A DNA stretch of 24,320 nucleotides from Myxococcales bacterium (GTDB lineage: Bacteria; Myxococcota_A; Polyangia; Polyangiales; Polyangiaceae): NCBI GenBank assembly GCA_043747615.1, contig JAYTOU010000081.1, positions 1-24,320 of the forward strand. The letters run 5' to 3'. Made by a program: the position numbers and the translations under genes. Position 1 is the stretch's first letter. Each line of letters begins with the position of its first letter. Below the pieces are notes generated by a model. The model worked only from the letters and a program-made list of their open reading frames with translations. It made no database searches and was not told where the DNA came from. This document shows positions 16,605 through 24,127 of this stretch, piece by piece.

Positions 16605-17738
16605 ATGGTTTCCCCGCTACCGCCTCCGTCCCCGCTTTCGCTCGACGGAGCGCCGTACCCCGATCCGCCGCCCGCTCTCGCGATCCGGATGGTGCTCATG
16701 TTGCGAAAGGCGCTCCGCCGGCTGCATCATTTGCTCGGGCCGCCAGAGCTCGTTCTCGTCGAGGCCTCGATGGGCGTGGCGACGACGGCGCTGCTCGCTG
16801 CAGCCGCGCGCCACTCGTTCGCCGATCATCTCGAGAGCGGTCCGAAGAGCGCCGAGGAGCTCGCGCGCAAGGCTGGGCTCGACGTCGACGCGGTCTTCCG
16901 CACGATGCGCGCGCTCGCGTCACTCGGAGTGTTCGAGCTCGGATCGGACGCGCGCTTTTCGAACAACCGTCTGTCGCGTGCGATGCGTGGCGGAGCGCTG
17001 TCGCGCACGCGCGAGTTCCTCGTCTACGCGGGATCGGGCTCGAACCTCGCGGCCTGGGCGAATCACGATCACCCACTGCGGACCGGGCAAAGTGCCTTCG
17101 ATCACGTTCACGGCAAGAACGTGTGGGAGTGGTTCGAAGAGCACCCCGACGAGCAAGAGATCTTCGCGCATTGCATGATGGGACTGACGACCCAGGATGC
17201 GCCGGTCATCGCCGCGCTCTATCCATTCGGTGAGGTGAATACCGTGTGCGACGTTGGCGGCGGCCGGGGGGCGCTCTTGTCGGAGCTTCTCCTTCGCCAT
17301 CCGCATTTGCGCGGTGTGCTCGCCGACGGAGCGGGGGTCCTCGCGTCGGCCGAGGCGCTGCTGACTGCGCGAGGCGTTCGGGATCGCGTCGAGCTCGCGG
17401 TGTCGAGCTTCTTCGACAAAGTCCCCGCAGGCGCCGACGCCTACCTGATGAAGAACATTCTCCACGACTGGGACGACTCCAGCTGCGTCCGCATCCTCGA
17501 GGTGGTTCGCGCGGCGATGCGTCCGGGAGCGAGGCTCGTCCTTTGCGAGCTCTTCGTGCCCACGCTAACGGGCGAGCCGCTTTTTGCCCTCTCCGATCTC
17601 CAGATGATGGTCGCGTGTGCCCGCGGTCGGGAGCGAAGCCGAGAAGAGCTCGAGCGCTTGGTGATCGCCGGCGGTTTCAAGGTCGGGCGCGTATTTCCCT
17701 CGCCGAGGATCTGCGTGCTCGAAGCGGTCGCGCCGTAG
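16605..17738 (+). CDS. SAM-dependent O-methyltransferase (COMT type, with dimerisation domain)
   Basis: wHTH dimerisation region (SAEELARKAGLD), VCDVGGGRG, FFDKVPAGADAYLMKNILHDWDD, RERS. Confidence 0.93.
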   Translation: MVSPLPPPSPLSLDGAPYPDPPPALAIRMVLMLRKALRRLHHLLGPPELVLVEASMGVATTALLAAAARHSFADHLESGPKSAEELARKAGLDVDAVFRTMRALASLGVFELGSDARFSNNRLSRAMRGGALSRTREFLVYAGSGSNLAAWANHDHPLRTGQSAFDHVHGKNVWEWFEEHPDEQEIFAHCMMGLTTQDAPVIAALYPFGEVNTVCDVGGGRGALLSELLLRHPHLRGVLADGAGVLASAEALLTARGVRDRVELAVSSFFDKVPAGADAYLMKNILHDWDDSSCVRILEVVRAAMRPGARLVLCELFVPTLTGEPLFALSDLQMMVACARGRERSREELERLVIAGGFKVGRVFPSPRICVLEAVAP

Positions 17739-17756
17739 TGGGATAGTATCGCGCGC

Positions 17757-18179
17757 ATGGCTCGTCGGACGTTGAAGCTCGCCCTCGCATGGGCGCTCCT
17801 CTCGGCGTGCGCGACGGACAAGGCGGAAGCGCGCGCTCTCGCGGCGGCCGTCGAGCGATTTCGCATCGCAGCGGATGCCGACAAGCCAGCTGCTGCGGCG
17901 ACGATCGCGACCGTCGCGTGCACCGATACGCTGGTGTGCGACGCGAAGGCCTCGTGCGTGACCGCGAGCGACGCGACGGCCAAAGGGCTCGGGCTGAAAG
18001 CGGACGTCGAGCGTCTCTTGGCCGACGTCCAGGCCAAGCGCCTCTCACCAGAGGACCCCGCCGCCAAGGCCCTCCCCGACACGCTCGATGACGCCGATCG
18101 CCTTCTAAAAGCGGGCCATCGCGACATGAAATCCTGCGACGAGAAGGTGATTTCCCTCAAGCTGAAGTACGGCGTCTGA
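17757..18179 (+). CDS. Hypothetical small helical lipoprotein
   Basis: Signal peptide with lipobox LSA-C; fills the gap between the methyltransferase and ffh. Confidence 0.75.
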   Translation: MARRTLKLALAWALLSACATDKAEARALAAAVERFRIAADADKPAAAATIATVACTDTLVCDAKASCVTASDATAKGLGLKADVERLLADVQAKRLSPEDPAAKALPDTLDDADRLLKAGHRDMKSCDEKVISLKLKYGV

Positions 18180-18218
18180 GGCGTGATACCGCATCCCAAA
18201 CTGTGGTAGACAGGCGCC

Positions 18219-19847
18219 ATGTTTGACGCCCTCGCCAACGGCTTTCGACAGGCAAAAAATCGCCTGGCGGGTCTCACGGAGCTCAACGAGCAGAACATCG
18301 ACACGGCGCTGCGCGAAGTGCGGCTCTCCCTGCTCGAGGCCGACGTCGAGCTCGGCGTGGTCAAGACGTTCCTCGCCCGCGTGAAGGAAAAAGCGCTCGG
18401 CGAAGTCGTTCGCGTGCGCGCCAAGGGAACCGACGGGCAAACGATACGCGTCAGCGCGGGCGATCAGTTCACCAAGATCTGCCACGACGAGCTCATTGCC
18501 TTCATGTCCGCCGAGGGCGAGGCCCTCACCTTCGCCGCCAAAGGTCCGACCGGCATCATGATGGTGGGCCTCCAGGGCTCCGGCAAAACGACCACCACGG
18601 CAAAGCTCGCGCGCTACCTCGTCAAGCAGGGGAAAAAGCCGCTCCTCGTCGCCGCCGACATGCAACGGCCCGCGGCCGTCGAGCAGCTTCAAGTGCTCGG
18701 CGCGAGCGTCGGCGTCCCCGTGTTCAACCTCCCAGACAAGAGCCCGCTCGAGATCTGCGAAGCGGCGATCGCGGAAGCCAAGAAGAACGGCAACGACGTC
18801 ATCGTTTACGACACGGCCGGCCGGCTCGCGATCGACGAGCGCTTGATGGCGGAGCTCGGGAGCATCAAAGCCGCCGTCAAACCGGAGAACATTCTCCTCG
18901 TGGTCGACGCCATGATCGGCCAGGACGCGGTCAAGGTCTCCAAAGGCTTCCACGATACGCTCGCGCTCACCGGCGTCGTCCTCACCAAGCTCGATGGAGA
19001 CGCCCGCGGAGGCGCCGCTCTCAGCGTCAAAGAAGTCACCGGCGCGCCCGTGCGTTTTCAAGGCATGGGCGAGGGCGTCGACAAGTTCGAAGAGTTCCGC
19101 CCCGAAGGTATGGCGAGCCGCGTCCTCGGAATGGGCGACGTCGTCAGCCTGATGAAGGACTTCGAGGACGTCGTCGATCAGAAAAAAGCCGCCGAAGACG
19201 CGATGAAAATGCTCCAAGGCAATTTCACGCTCGACGACTTCTTGAACCAAGTGCGGATGATCCAGAAGATGGGATCGCTCAAAGACATCGTCGGGAAAAT
19301 GCCCGGCATGAGCGACATGATCCCCGCCGACGCCAACCTCGACGATCGCGAGCTTGTGCGGATCGAAGCCATGATCTCGAGCTTCACGCCCTTCGAAAAA
19401 AACGATCCCTACGCCCTCGTCCGCGAGCCGAAACGCACGGCGCGCATCGCCAAGGGATCGGGAACGACGGAGCAAGCCGTCAGCGAGCTCATTCAAAAGT
19501 TCCTCTTCATGCGCCAGATGATGGGCAACCTCGGAGGGGGCGGCGGCGGCGGCCTCGCCGGACTTCTTGGGCAGATCCCGGGCATGGGCCAGCTCAAGAT
19601 GGCGAAGAACTTACAGAAGCAGATGGCGAAGGGCGGAGGCGGCTTCCCAGGCATGGGCGGCGGCTTTCCTGGAATGCCCGCGGGCTTCCCCGGTATGGGC
19701 GGCTTTCCTGGAATGGCTGGAATGCCCGGCATGGGAGGCCCCGACGAGAGCCTCACCAAGATGAAGCCGCTCTCGACCGCTCAAAAAAATGCGAAAAAAG
19801 CTTCACGCAAACGTGAAAAAGACGCTCGTCGAAAGAGCCGCAAGTAG
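18219..19847 (+). CDS. ffh: Signal recognition particle protein Ffh
   Basis: SLLEADV, GLQGSGKTTT, DTAGR, TKLDGDARGG, M-domain FTLDDF and IAKGSG. Confidence 0.99.
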   Translation: MFDALANGFRQAKNRLAGLTELNEQNIDTALREVRLSLLEADVELGVVKTFLARVKEKALGEVVRVRAKGTDGQTIRVSAGDQFTKICHDELIAFMSAEGEALTFAAKGPTGIMMVGLQGSGKTTTTAKLARYLVKQGKKPLLVAADMQRPAAVEQLQVLGASVGVPVFNLPDKSPLEICEAAIAEAKKNGNDVIVYDTAGRLAIDERLMAELGSIKAAVKPENILLVVDAMIGQDAVKVSKGFHDTLALTGVVLTKLDGDARGGAALSVKEVTGAPVRFQGMGEGVDKFEEFRPEGMASRVLGMGDVVSLMKDFEDVVDQKKAAEDAMKMLQGNFTLDDFLNQVRMIQKMGSLKDIVGKMPGMSDMIPADANLDDRELVRIEAMISSFTPFEKNDPYALVREPKRTARIAKGSGTTEQAVSELIQKFLFMRQMMGNLGGGGGGGLAGLLGQIPGMGQLKMAKNLQKQMAKGGGGFPGMGGGFPGMPAGFPGMGGFPGMAGMPGMGGPDESLTKMKPLSTAQKNAKKASRKREKDARRKSRK

Positions 19848-19876
19848 CCGCTGAATTTTTTTAGGAGAGATAGACG

Positions 19877-21301
19877 ATGAAGACTCGAACAGCAGGTTGG
19901 ATGGTCGGATGTGCGAGCGCTTGGCTCATGTTTCAAGCCGTCGCGTGCGTCGGTGGGTCGAAGGGGATCTCCTCGGAAGACAAGGAGAAGCTCAAGGCCT
20001 ACGTGCTCGACAGCGAGCCGGCCGACATGCCGCACAAGATCGACATCAACTTCGAAAATAAGCTCCACATCATCGGCTACAAGTTCGATCCCGAGCTCGC
20101 GAGGCCTGGCCAAGACGTGAAGCTCACGTACTGGTGGCGGTGCGACGACAGCCTCGACGAAGGCTGGAAGCTCTTCACGCACCTTCACGACGACACGTCC
20201 GATCACTCGGACAACCTCGACAACGTGGGCCCCATCCGCGAGCTCAAAGGCGACAAGCAGATCCTCGGCCCGGACAAATGGGAGAAGGGAAAAGTCTACG
20301 TCGACGAGCAGGCGTACAAGATGCCCGACTGGGTCAAAGGCCCCGAGCTCTCGGTCATGACCGGCGTATGGAAAGGCGGCGCGCGCCTACGGGTCATCCA
20401 GGGCCCGAACGACGGCGACAACCGCGCGCTCGTCGGAAAGATCAAGACCGGCGTCGTCGCCACCCCGGCCGATGAGCACACCAAGAACGACGTGCCTGCG
20501 CTCGTCGTCGGCAAGCTCGCTGCGAACGAAAAGATCGTGATCGACGGCAAGGGCGACGACAAGGCGTGGGGGGGTGCGCCTTCCACCGGCCCTTTCGTTG
20601 AGGTGGGAACGGGGAAGCCGAATACCTCGTTTCCAGTGAACGGCTCGGCGAAGCTCGCCTGGGACGACACGAACATGTACGTCCTCTTCGACATCAAGGA
20701 CCCCGACGTCGTCGGCGGCTTCAGCGATCCGTCGAAGCAGAAAGAGGATTTCACGTCGAGCGGGCAGCCCAAGCTGTGGACGAAAGACACCGTCGAAATC
20801 ATGGTCGACCCCGACGGTGACGGCGACAACAAGGACTACTACGAGCTCCAGATCAACCCGCAAAACAAGGTGTTTCACAGCAACTACGACACCTACAACG
20901 CCCCGAAGACGGAGCCGAACGGCCCCTTCGGCCACGAAGACTGGGACCCGAAGCTGAAGAGCGCGGTCGTCATCAAAGGCACGCTCGACAAAGCCGACGA
21001 CAAAGACGAAGGCTACGTCGTCGAAGCCGCCATTCCGTGGACCGCGTTCGCCAAAGCCGCGAATCATCCGCCCAAGCTCGGCGACACGTGGCGCATGAAT
21101 TTTTACGCCATGCAGCAAAACGGCGGCGTCGCGTGGTCACCGATCATGGGGCAGGGGAACTTCCACAAGGCCTCGCGCTTCGGGCGGGTCAGCTGGGGCG
21201 TAGCTCCGGTGGCAGCCGCCGACGCGGGCGCGAAGGATGCGGCCGCAGCCGGCCCCGGTGGAGGCGGTGCCGGCAAGCGGATCATCCAAGTGCACCCGTA
21301 A
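19877..21301 (+). CDS. Lipoprotein with an N-terminal beta-sandwich and a CBM9-like (DOMON-like) sugar-binding domain
   Basis: RBS AGGAG; lipobox-like AVA-C; IVIDGKGDDKAW, KLAWDDTNMYV, DTVEIMVDP, YYELQINP, VEAAIPW, WRMNF. Confidence 0.85.
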   Translation: MKTRTAGWMVGCASAWLMFQAVACVGGSKGISSEDKEKLKAYVLDSEPADMPHKIDINFENKLHIIGYKFDPELARPGQDVKLTYWWRCDDSLDEGWKLFTHLHDDTSDHSDNLDNVGPIRELKGDKQILGPDKWEKGKVYVDEQAYKMPDWVKGPELSVMTGVWKGGARLRVIQGPNDGDNRALVGKIKTGVVATPADEHTKNDVPALVVGKLAANEKIVIDGKGDDKAWGGAPSTGPFVEVGTGKPNTSFPVNGSAKLAWDDTNMYVLFDIKDPDVVGGFSDPSKQKEDFTSSGQPKLWTKDTVEIMVDPDGDGDNKDYYELQINPQNKVFHSNYDTYNAPKTEPNGPFGHEDWDPKLKSAVVIKGTLDKADDKDEGYVVEAAIPWTAFAKAANHPPKLGDTWRMNFYAMQQNGGVAWSPIMGQGNFHKASRFGRVSWGVAPVAAADAGAKDAAAAGPGGGGAGKRIIQVHP

Positions 21302-21349
21302 CACCTAAAATTCGTGGTTCTCGTGCGCCCTGACGTACCTTTGTCAGCG

Positions 21350-22465
21350 ATGCGTAAGGCTCTCGTCTTCTTTGGTGTCCTCGCTTGTGCGGCGCTCGAT
21401 GCACGCGGCGCCCATGCCGAAGACAAGAACGACTCCGGGAAGCTCCACACACAGAACGAAGTCCAGAACGCGGGCAACGCCGAGACGGCGCGCGCGCGGG
21501 TTAGAAAAGGGGATTGCGCAGGCGCACTCGATTTATTCGATGCGGCGCTGCGAACGTCGCTCGACCCTTCGGTGAAGCGCGATCGCGGGCTCTGCCACGA
21601 AGAGCTCGGTCACCCGTACCCGGCCATCGAGGACTACCGCGCGTACTTGACCGGCGCGCCGAACGCGAAGGACGCCGATCAGATCCACGAGCGCCTCGCC
21701 CGCCTCGAAGAGCAGCAACGCCACGCCCCCTCCGAAGGCGAAGCCAAGGCGAAGTACAACCCCGAGCTCGGCGGCGACAAAGCCTCCGCGGCGGGCACCG
21801 TCAATGTCTCCGCCACCGCGTCCAGCAAGGACTCCGGCAAGGTGGACACCCAGAGCCCCGAGGCCATCGACGCGGCCGATCCCGAAGCAAGAAATTCTGC
21901 GATTCGCCGCGGCACAGGCTTCGCTCTCGGCGCGTACTTCGTGGGCCGTGAATCGGGACTCGGCAAATCCAACGTGGGCTCCGGCTACGGCGTGGGCGCG
22001 GCCCTCCGCCAGTCGTTCAGCCGCGTCAGCAGCGTCGTGATGGACATCGGCTACGCGGGCTACAAGCTTCAGGGGCTGAGCGGCGGCGGCGCGTCGGGCG
22101 CCTCGGGCGTCTCGGGCAACGTGCTCGACGGAACGAGCCTCCGCGGACTTGCGATCCTCATCGGCTACGAAGCGCGGCTCGACCTCGACTCCCGTACCAC
22201 CAACGCCATTCTCATCGGCGGGGGGCTCGAGTGGAACCGCCTGGCCGTCGCCAACGGGCCGTCGTTGTCGGTATTTTTCCCGCGCGGCCGCGCCGGCTTT
22301 CGTCACGTGTTCGGGCCGTCGCTCGGGCTCGAGGCCTCGCTCGAGGTGTCGAAGCCGGTGCCCGTGGGGAGCAACGCGACGAACTTCGAGTCGTTCCAGC
22401 CGTTCAAGGCGTGGAAAGACGCGCTGATGTTCGGAGTGCAGATCGCTATCGTTACGGGGTTCTGA
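21350..22465 (+). CDS. Exported TPR-domain protein with a C-terminal outer-membrane beta-barrel-like domain
   Basis: Signal peptide ending in AHA; TPR-like RDRGLCHEELGHPYPAIEDYRAYL; alternating amphipathic strands; terminal Phe. ATG 21350 preferred over GTG 21314. Confidence 0.75.
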   Translation: MRKALVFFGVLACAALDARGAHAEDKNDSGKLHTQNEVQNAGNAETARARVRKGDCAGALDLFDAALRTSLDPSVKRDRGLCHEELGHPYPAIEDYRAYLTGAPNAKDADQIHERLARLEEQQRHAPSEGEAKAKYNPELGGDKASAAGTVNVSATASSKDSGKVDTQSPEAIDAADPEARNSAIRRGTGFALGAYFVGRESGLGKSNVGSGYGVGAALRQSFSRVSSVVMDIGYAGYKLQGLSGGGASGASGVSGNVLDGTSLRGLAILIGYEARLDLDSRTTNAILIGGGLEWNRLAVANGPSLSVFFPRGRAGFRHVFGPSLGLEASLEVSKPVPVGSNATNFESFQPFKAWKDALMFGVQIAIVTGF

Positions 22466-22478
22466 AGCGTGGCCGCCG

Positions 22479-22500
22479 TATCATTACCGTGGTAATGATA
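22479..22500. promoter_or_regulatory. Perfect inverted repeat TATCATTACC-GT-GGTAATGATA; probable VapBC autoregulatory operator
   Basis: 10-bp arms with a 2-nt spacer, AT-rich, directly before the antitoxin start; includes a -10-like TATCAT. Confidence 0.8.
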
Positions 22501-22503
22501 TCC

Positions 22504-22764
22504 ATGAAGCTCGCGCAATCCCGTCTCACCGCTCAAGGCCAAGTATCGGTTCCCGCGGAGGTCCGCCGGCGCCTCGGAGTGGGGCCGGGTTCCGTTCTCG
22601 AATGGGACGCGGAAGGGGAGACCATCGTCCTTCGCCGCGCGGGTCAGTGCACGTCGTCCGAGCTACACCGTGCGATTTTTCCCGCCGAGCCCGCTCCCCG
22701 AACGCTCGGTGAGCTCAAAGAGGGGATTCGCCAGCACGTGAGGCAGCGCCATGCGCGCCGTTGA
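22504..22764 (+). CDS. vapB: AbrB/MazE/SpoVT-family antitoxin (VapB)
   Basis: SRLTAQGQVSVPAEVRRRLGVGPGSVLEW swapped-hairpin motif; overlaps the PIN gene by 14 bp. Alternative ATG at 22495. Confidence 0.9.
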   Translation: MKLAQSRLTAQGQVSVPAEVRRRLGVGPGSVLEWDAEGETIVLRRAGQCTSSELHRAIFPAEPAPRTLGELKEGIRQHVRQRHARR

Positions 22765-23131
22765 TACGAACGTCCTCGTGCGACTGCTGACCCGCGACGA
22801 CGCAAAGCAAGTCGCTGCTGCGGAGGCGTTCGTGCGGCCTGGCGCTTGGGTTTCGCACATCGCGCTCGTAGAGACGATGTGGGTGCTCAGCTCCGTTTAT
22901 GCCGTCAAGCCGAAGCAAATCGCCGTCGCCATCGAAATGCTCCTGGCTCACGAGAATCTCGCGGTGCAAGAGCCCGACGTCGTTGCCTCGGCTCTCGACA
23001 ACTTCCGCGCGCGCCCGGCCGGGGGTTTCTCGGACTGCCTGATCCTCGCGATCGCGCACCGGGCCGGGCACCTTCCGCTTGGGACGGTCGACAAAGATCT
23101 CGGGAAGCTCGAGGGAGCGCAGAGGCTCTGA
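22751..23131 (+). CDS. vapC: PIN-domain toxin VapC
   Basis: AVDTNVLVR, LVETMWVL, GFSDCLI, TVDKDL: acidic PIN residues present. Confidence 0.93.
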   Translation: MRAVDTNVLVRLLTRDDAKQVAAAEAFVRPGAWVSHIALVETMWVLSSVYAVKPKQIAVAIEMLLAHENLAVQEPDVVASALDNFRARPAGGFSDCLILAIAHRAGHLPLGTVDKDLGKLEGAQRL

Positions 23132-23145
23132 GGGGCTCGAAGGGC

Positions 23146-23181
23146 TTGCCGGAGCTTGCCGCATTATCGTAATCTGATAAT
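23146..23181 (+). promoter_or_regulatory. Putative higBA promoter and operator
   Basis: TTGCCG (23146-51), N18, TAATCT (23170-75); inverted repeat ATTATC-N7-GATAAT (23163-23181) straddles the -10 element. Confidence 0.65.
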
Positions 23182-23183
23182 TT

Positions 23184-23474
23184 GTGATTCGAAGCTTCGG
23201 AAACGCGCTCGCCGAAGAGCTGTACGACGATCGTCCACGGAAGGCCGCCCGGCAGTTCCCCCAGGAACTTTGGCGTGCGGCGCGCCGCAAGCTTCAGATC
23301 ATTCATGAGGCAGAGACACTCGACGATCTCCGGATTCCGCCCTGCAATCGGTTGGAGAAACTGAAGGGAGTCCTGTCGGCATTCTGTTCGATTCGGATCA
23401 ACGACCAATGGCGGGTCATCTTTCGTTGGGAGCACGGACATGCGTATCAAGTTTCGATCGTCGACTATCACTGA
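23184..23474 (+). CDS. higB: HigB toxin (RelE/ParE superfamily, plasmid-maintenance killer type)
   Basis: MIRSF...ARRKL...DLRIPPCNRLEKLKG...SIRINDQWRVIFRW...IVDYH. Confidence 0.93.
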   Translation: MIRSFGNALAEELYDDRPRKAARQFPQELWRAARRKLQIIHEAETLDDLRIPPCNRLEKLKGVLSAFCSIRINDQWRVIFRWEHGHAYQVSIVDYH

Positions 23475-23493
23475 GCGCCCGAACAAGAAGGAG

Positions 23494-23751
23494 ATGGCGA
23501 ACCCGTTTCATCCGGGAGAGATTCTCCAGGAGGAATTTTTGGTTCCGCTCGGTCTGACGCAGACCGCCTTCGCCAAGAAGCTGCGCTGGACACCCGCCAA
23601 GCTCAACGAGCTCATTCGTGGTCGCCGGGGCATAACCGCCGAATCGGCCATCGCCTTGTCCAAAGAGCTCGGCACGTCACCGAAGTTTTGGATGAACCTT
23701 CAGTCGAGTTACGACCTTCACCGCGTCATCTCCGGCCGCCACGTCGCCTGA
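23494..23751 (+). CDS. higA: HigA-family antitoxin (HTH XRE)
   Basis: HPGEILQEEFLVPLGLTQ...NELIRGRRGITAESA...FWMNLQSSYDL; lies downstream of the toxin, as is typical of higBA. Confidence 0.93.
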   Translation: MANPFHPGEILQEEFLVPLGLTQTAFAKKLRWTPAKLNELIRGRRGITAESAIALSKELGTSPKFWMNLQSSYDLHRVISGRHVA

Positions 23752-23762
23752 GCTCCGGGGTT

Positions 23763-23966
23763 CTAGCGCGTCGGTCGACTCCCCAACCAGTCAGCCGCTT
23801 CGCGCGCGAACGTGTCGAGATTGCCCACTCCTTGCGTAGCCGCTGCGTGGACAAGCGCCGCGTCGACCCCCGAGTAACCATGCGCGACGACGTTGCGGAG
23901 ACCCACAGCACGCGACAGCGCCCCAGCGCTCGCCGAAGAAATAATCGCGAGATCGCGGTTAACCAC
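23763..23966 (-). pseudogene. hepT: HepT/DUF86 HEPN RNase toxin with a large in-frame internal deletion (67 aa)
   Basis: GTG start MVNRDLA joins directly to IISSASAGALSRAVGLRNVVAHGY; the RX4HXY motif is kept, but the protein is about half the usual DUF86 length. Confidence 0.75.
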
Positions 23967-24126
23967 CAATCCCTCGCTCGGCGACGCGGCGGAGCCACGC
24001 GTCGCGCATGCGCGCAAACCAAGGCAGGTCCGTCTCGAGGGTGGCGAGCGCGCGCGAGCGAAAGAGCGCGGCGGCCCCTGGCTCTCCCTCGTGAACCACG
24101 ATCCCGTCCCGCAGAACCTCTTGGAC
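23959..24126 (-). pseudogene. mntA: 3' remnant of an MNT (minimal nucleotidyltransferase, MntA-like) antitoxin; not in the ORF track
   Basis: Manual translation VQEVLRDGIVVHEGEPGAAALFRSRALATLETDLPWFARMRDAWLRRVAERGIGG*. The stop overlaps the hepT start by 8 bp. The frame is closed by TGA at 24132-24130, and the catalytic GS..DxD region is missing. Confidence 0.65.
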
Positions 24127-24127
24127 G

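Noticed and set aside
15051..17738. Carotenoid cluster (crtI plus crtF-like methyltransferase)
   Set aside because: No phytoene synthase, GGPP synthase or hydratase is nearby, and the oxidoreductase motifs are degenerate.
18105..19496. 463-aa minus-strand ORF
   Set aside because: Antisense shadow of ffh.
19848..19862. T-run after ffh as an intrinsic terminator
   Set aside because: No convincing GC hairpin precedes it; it leads directly into the next gene's RBS.
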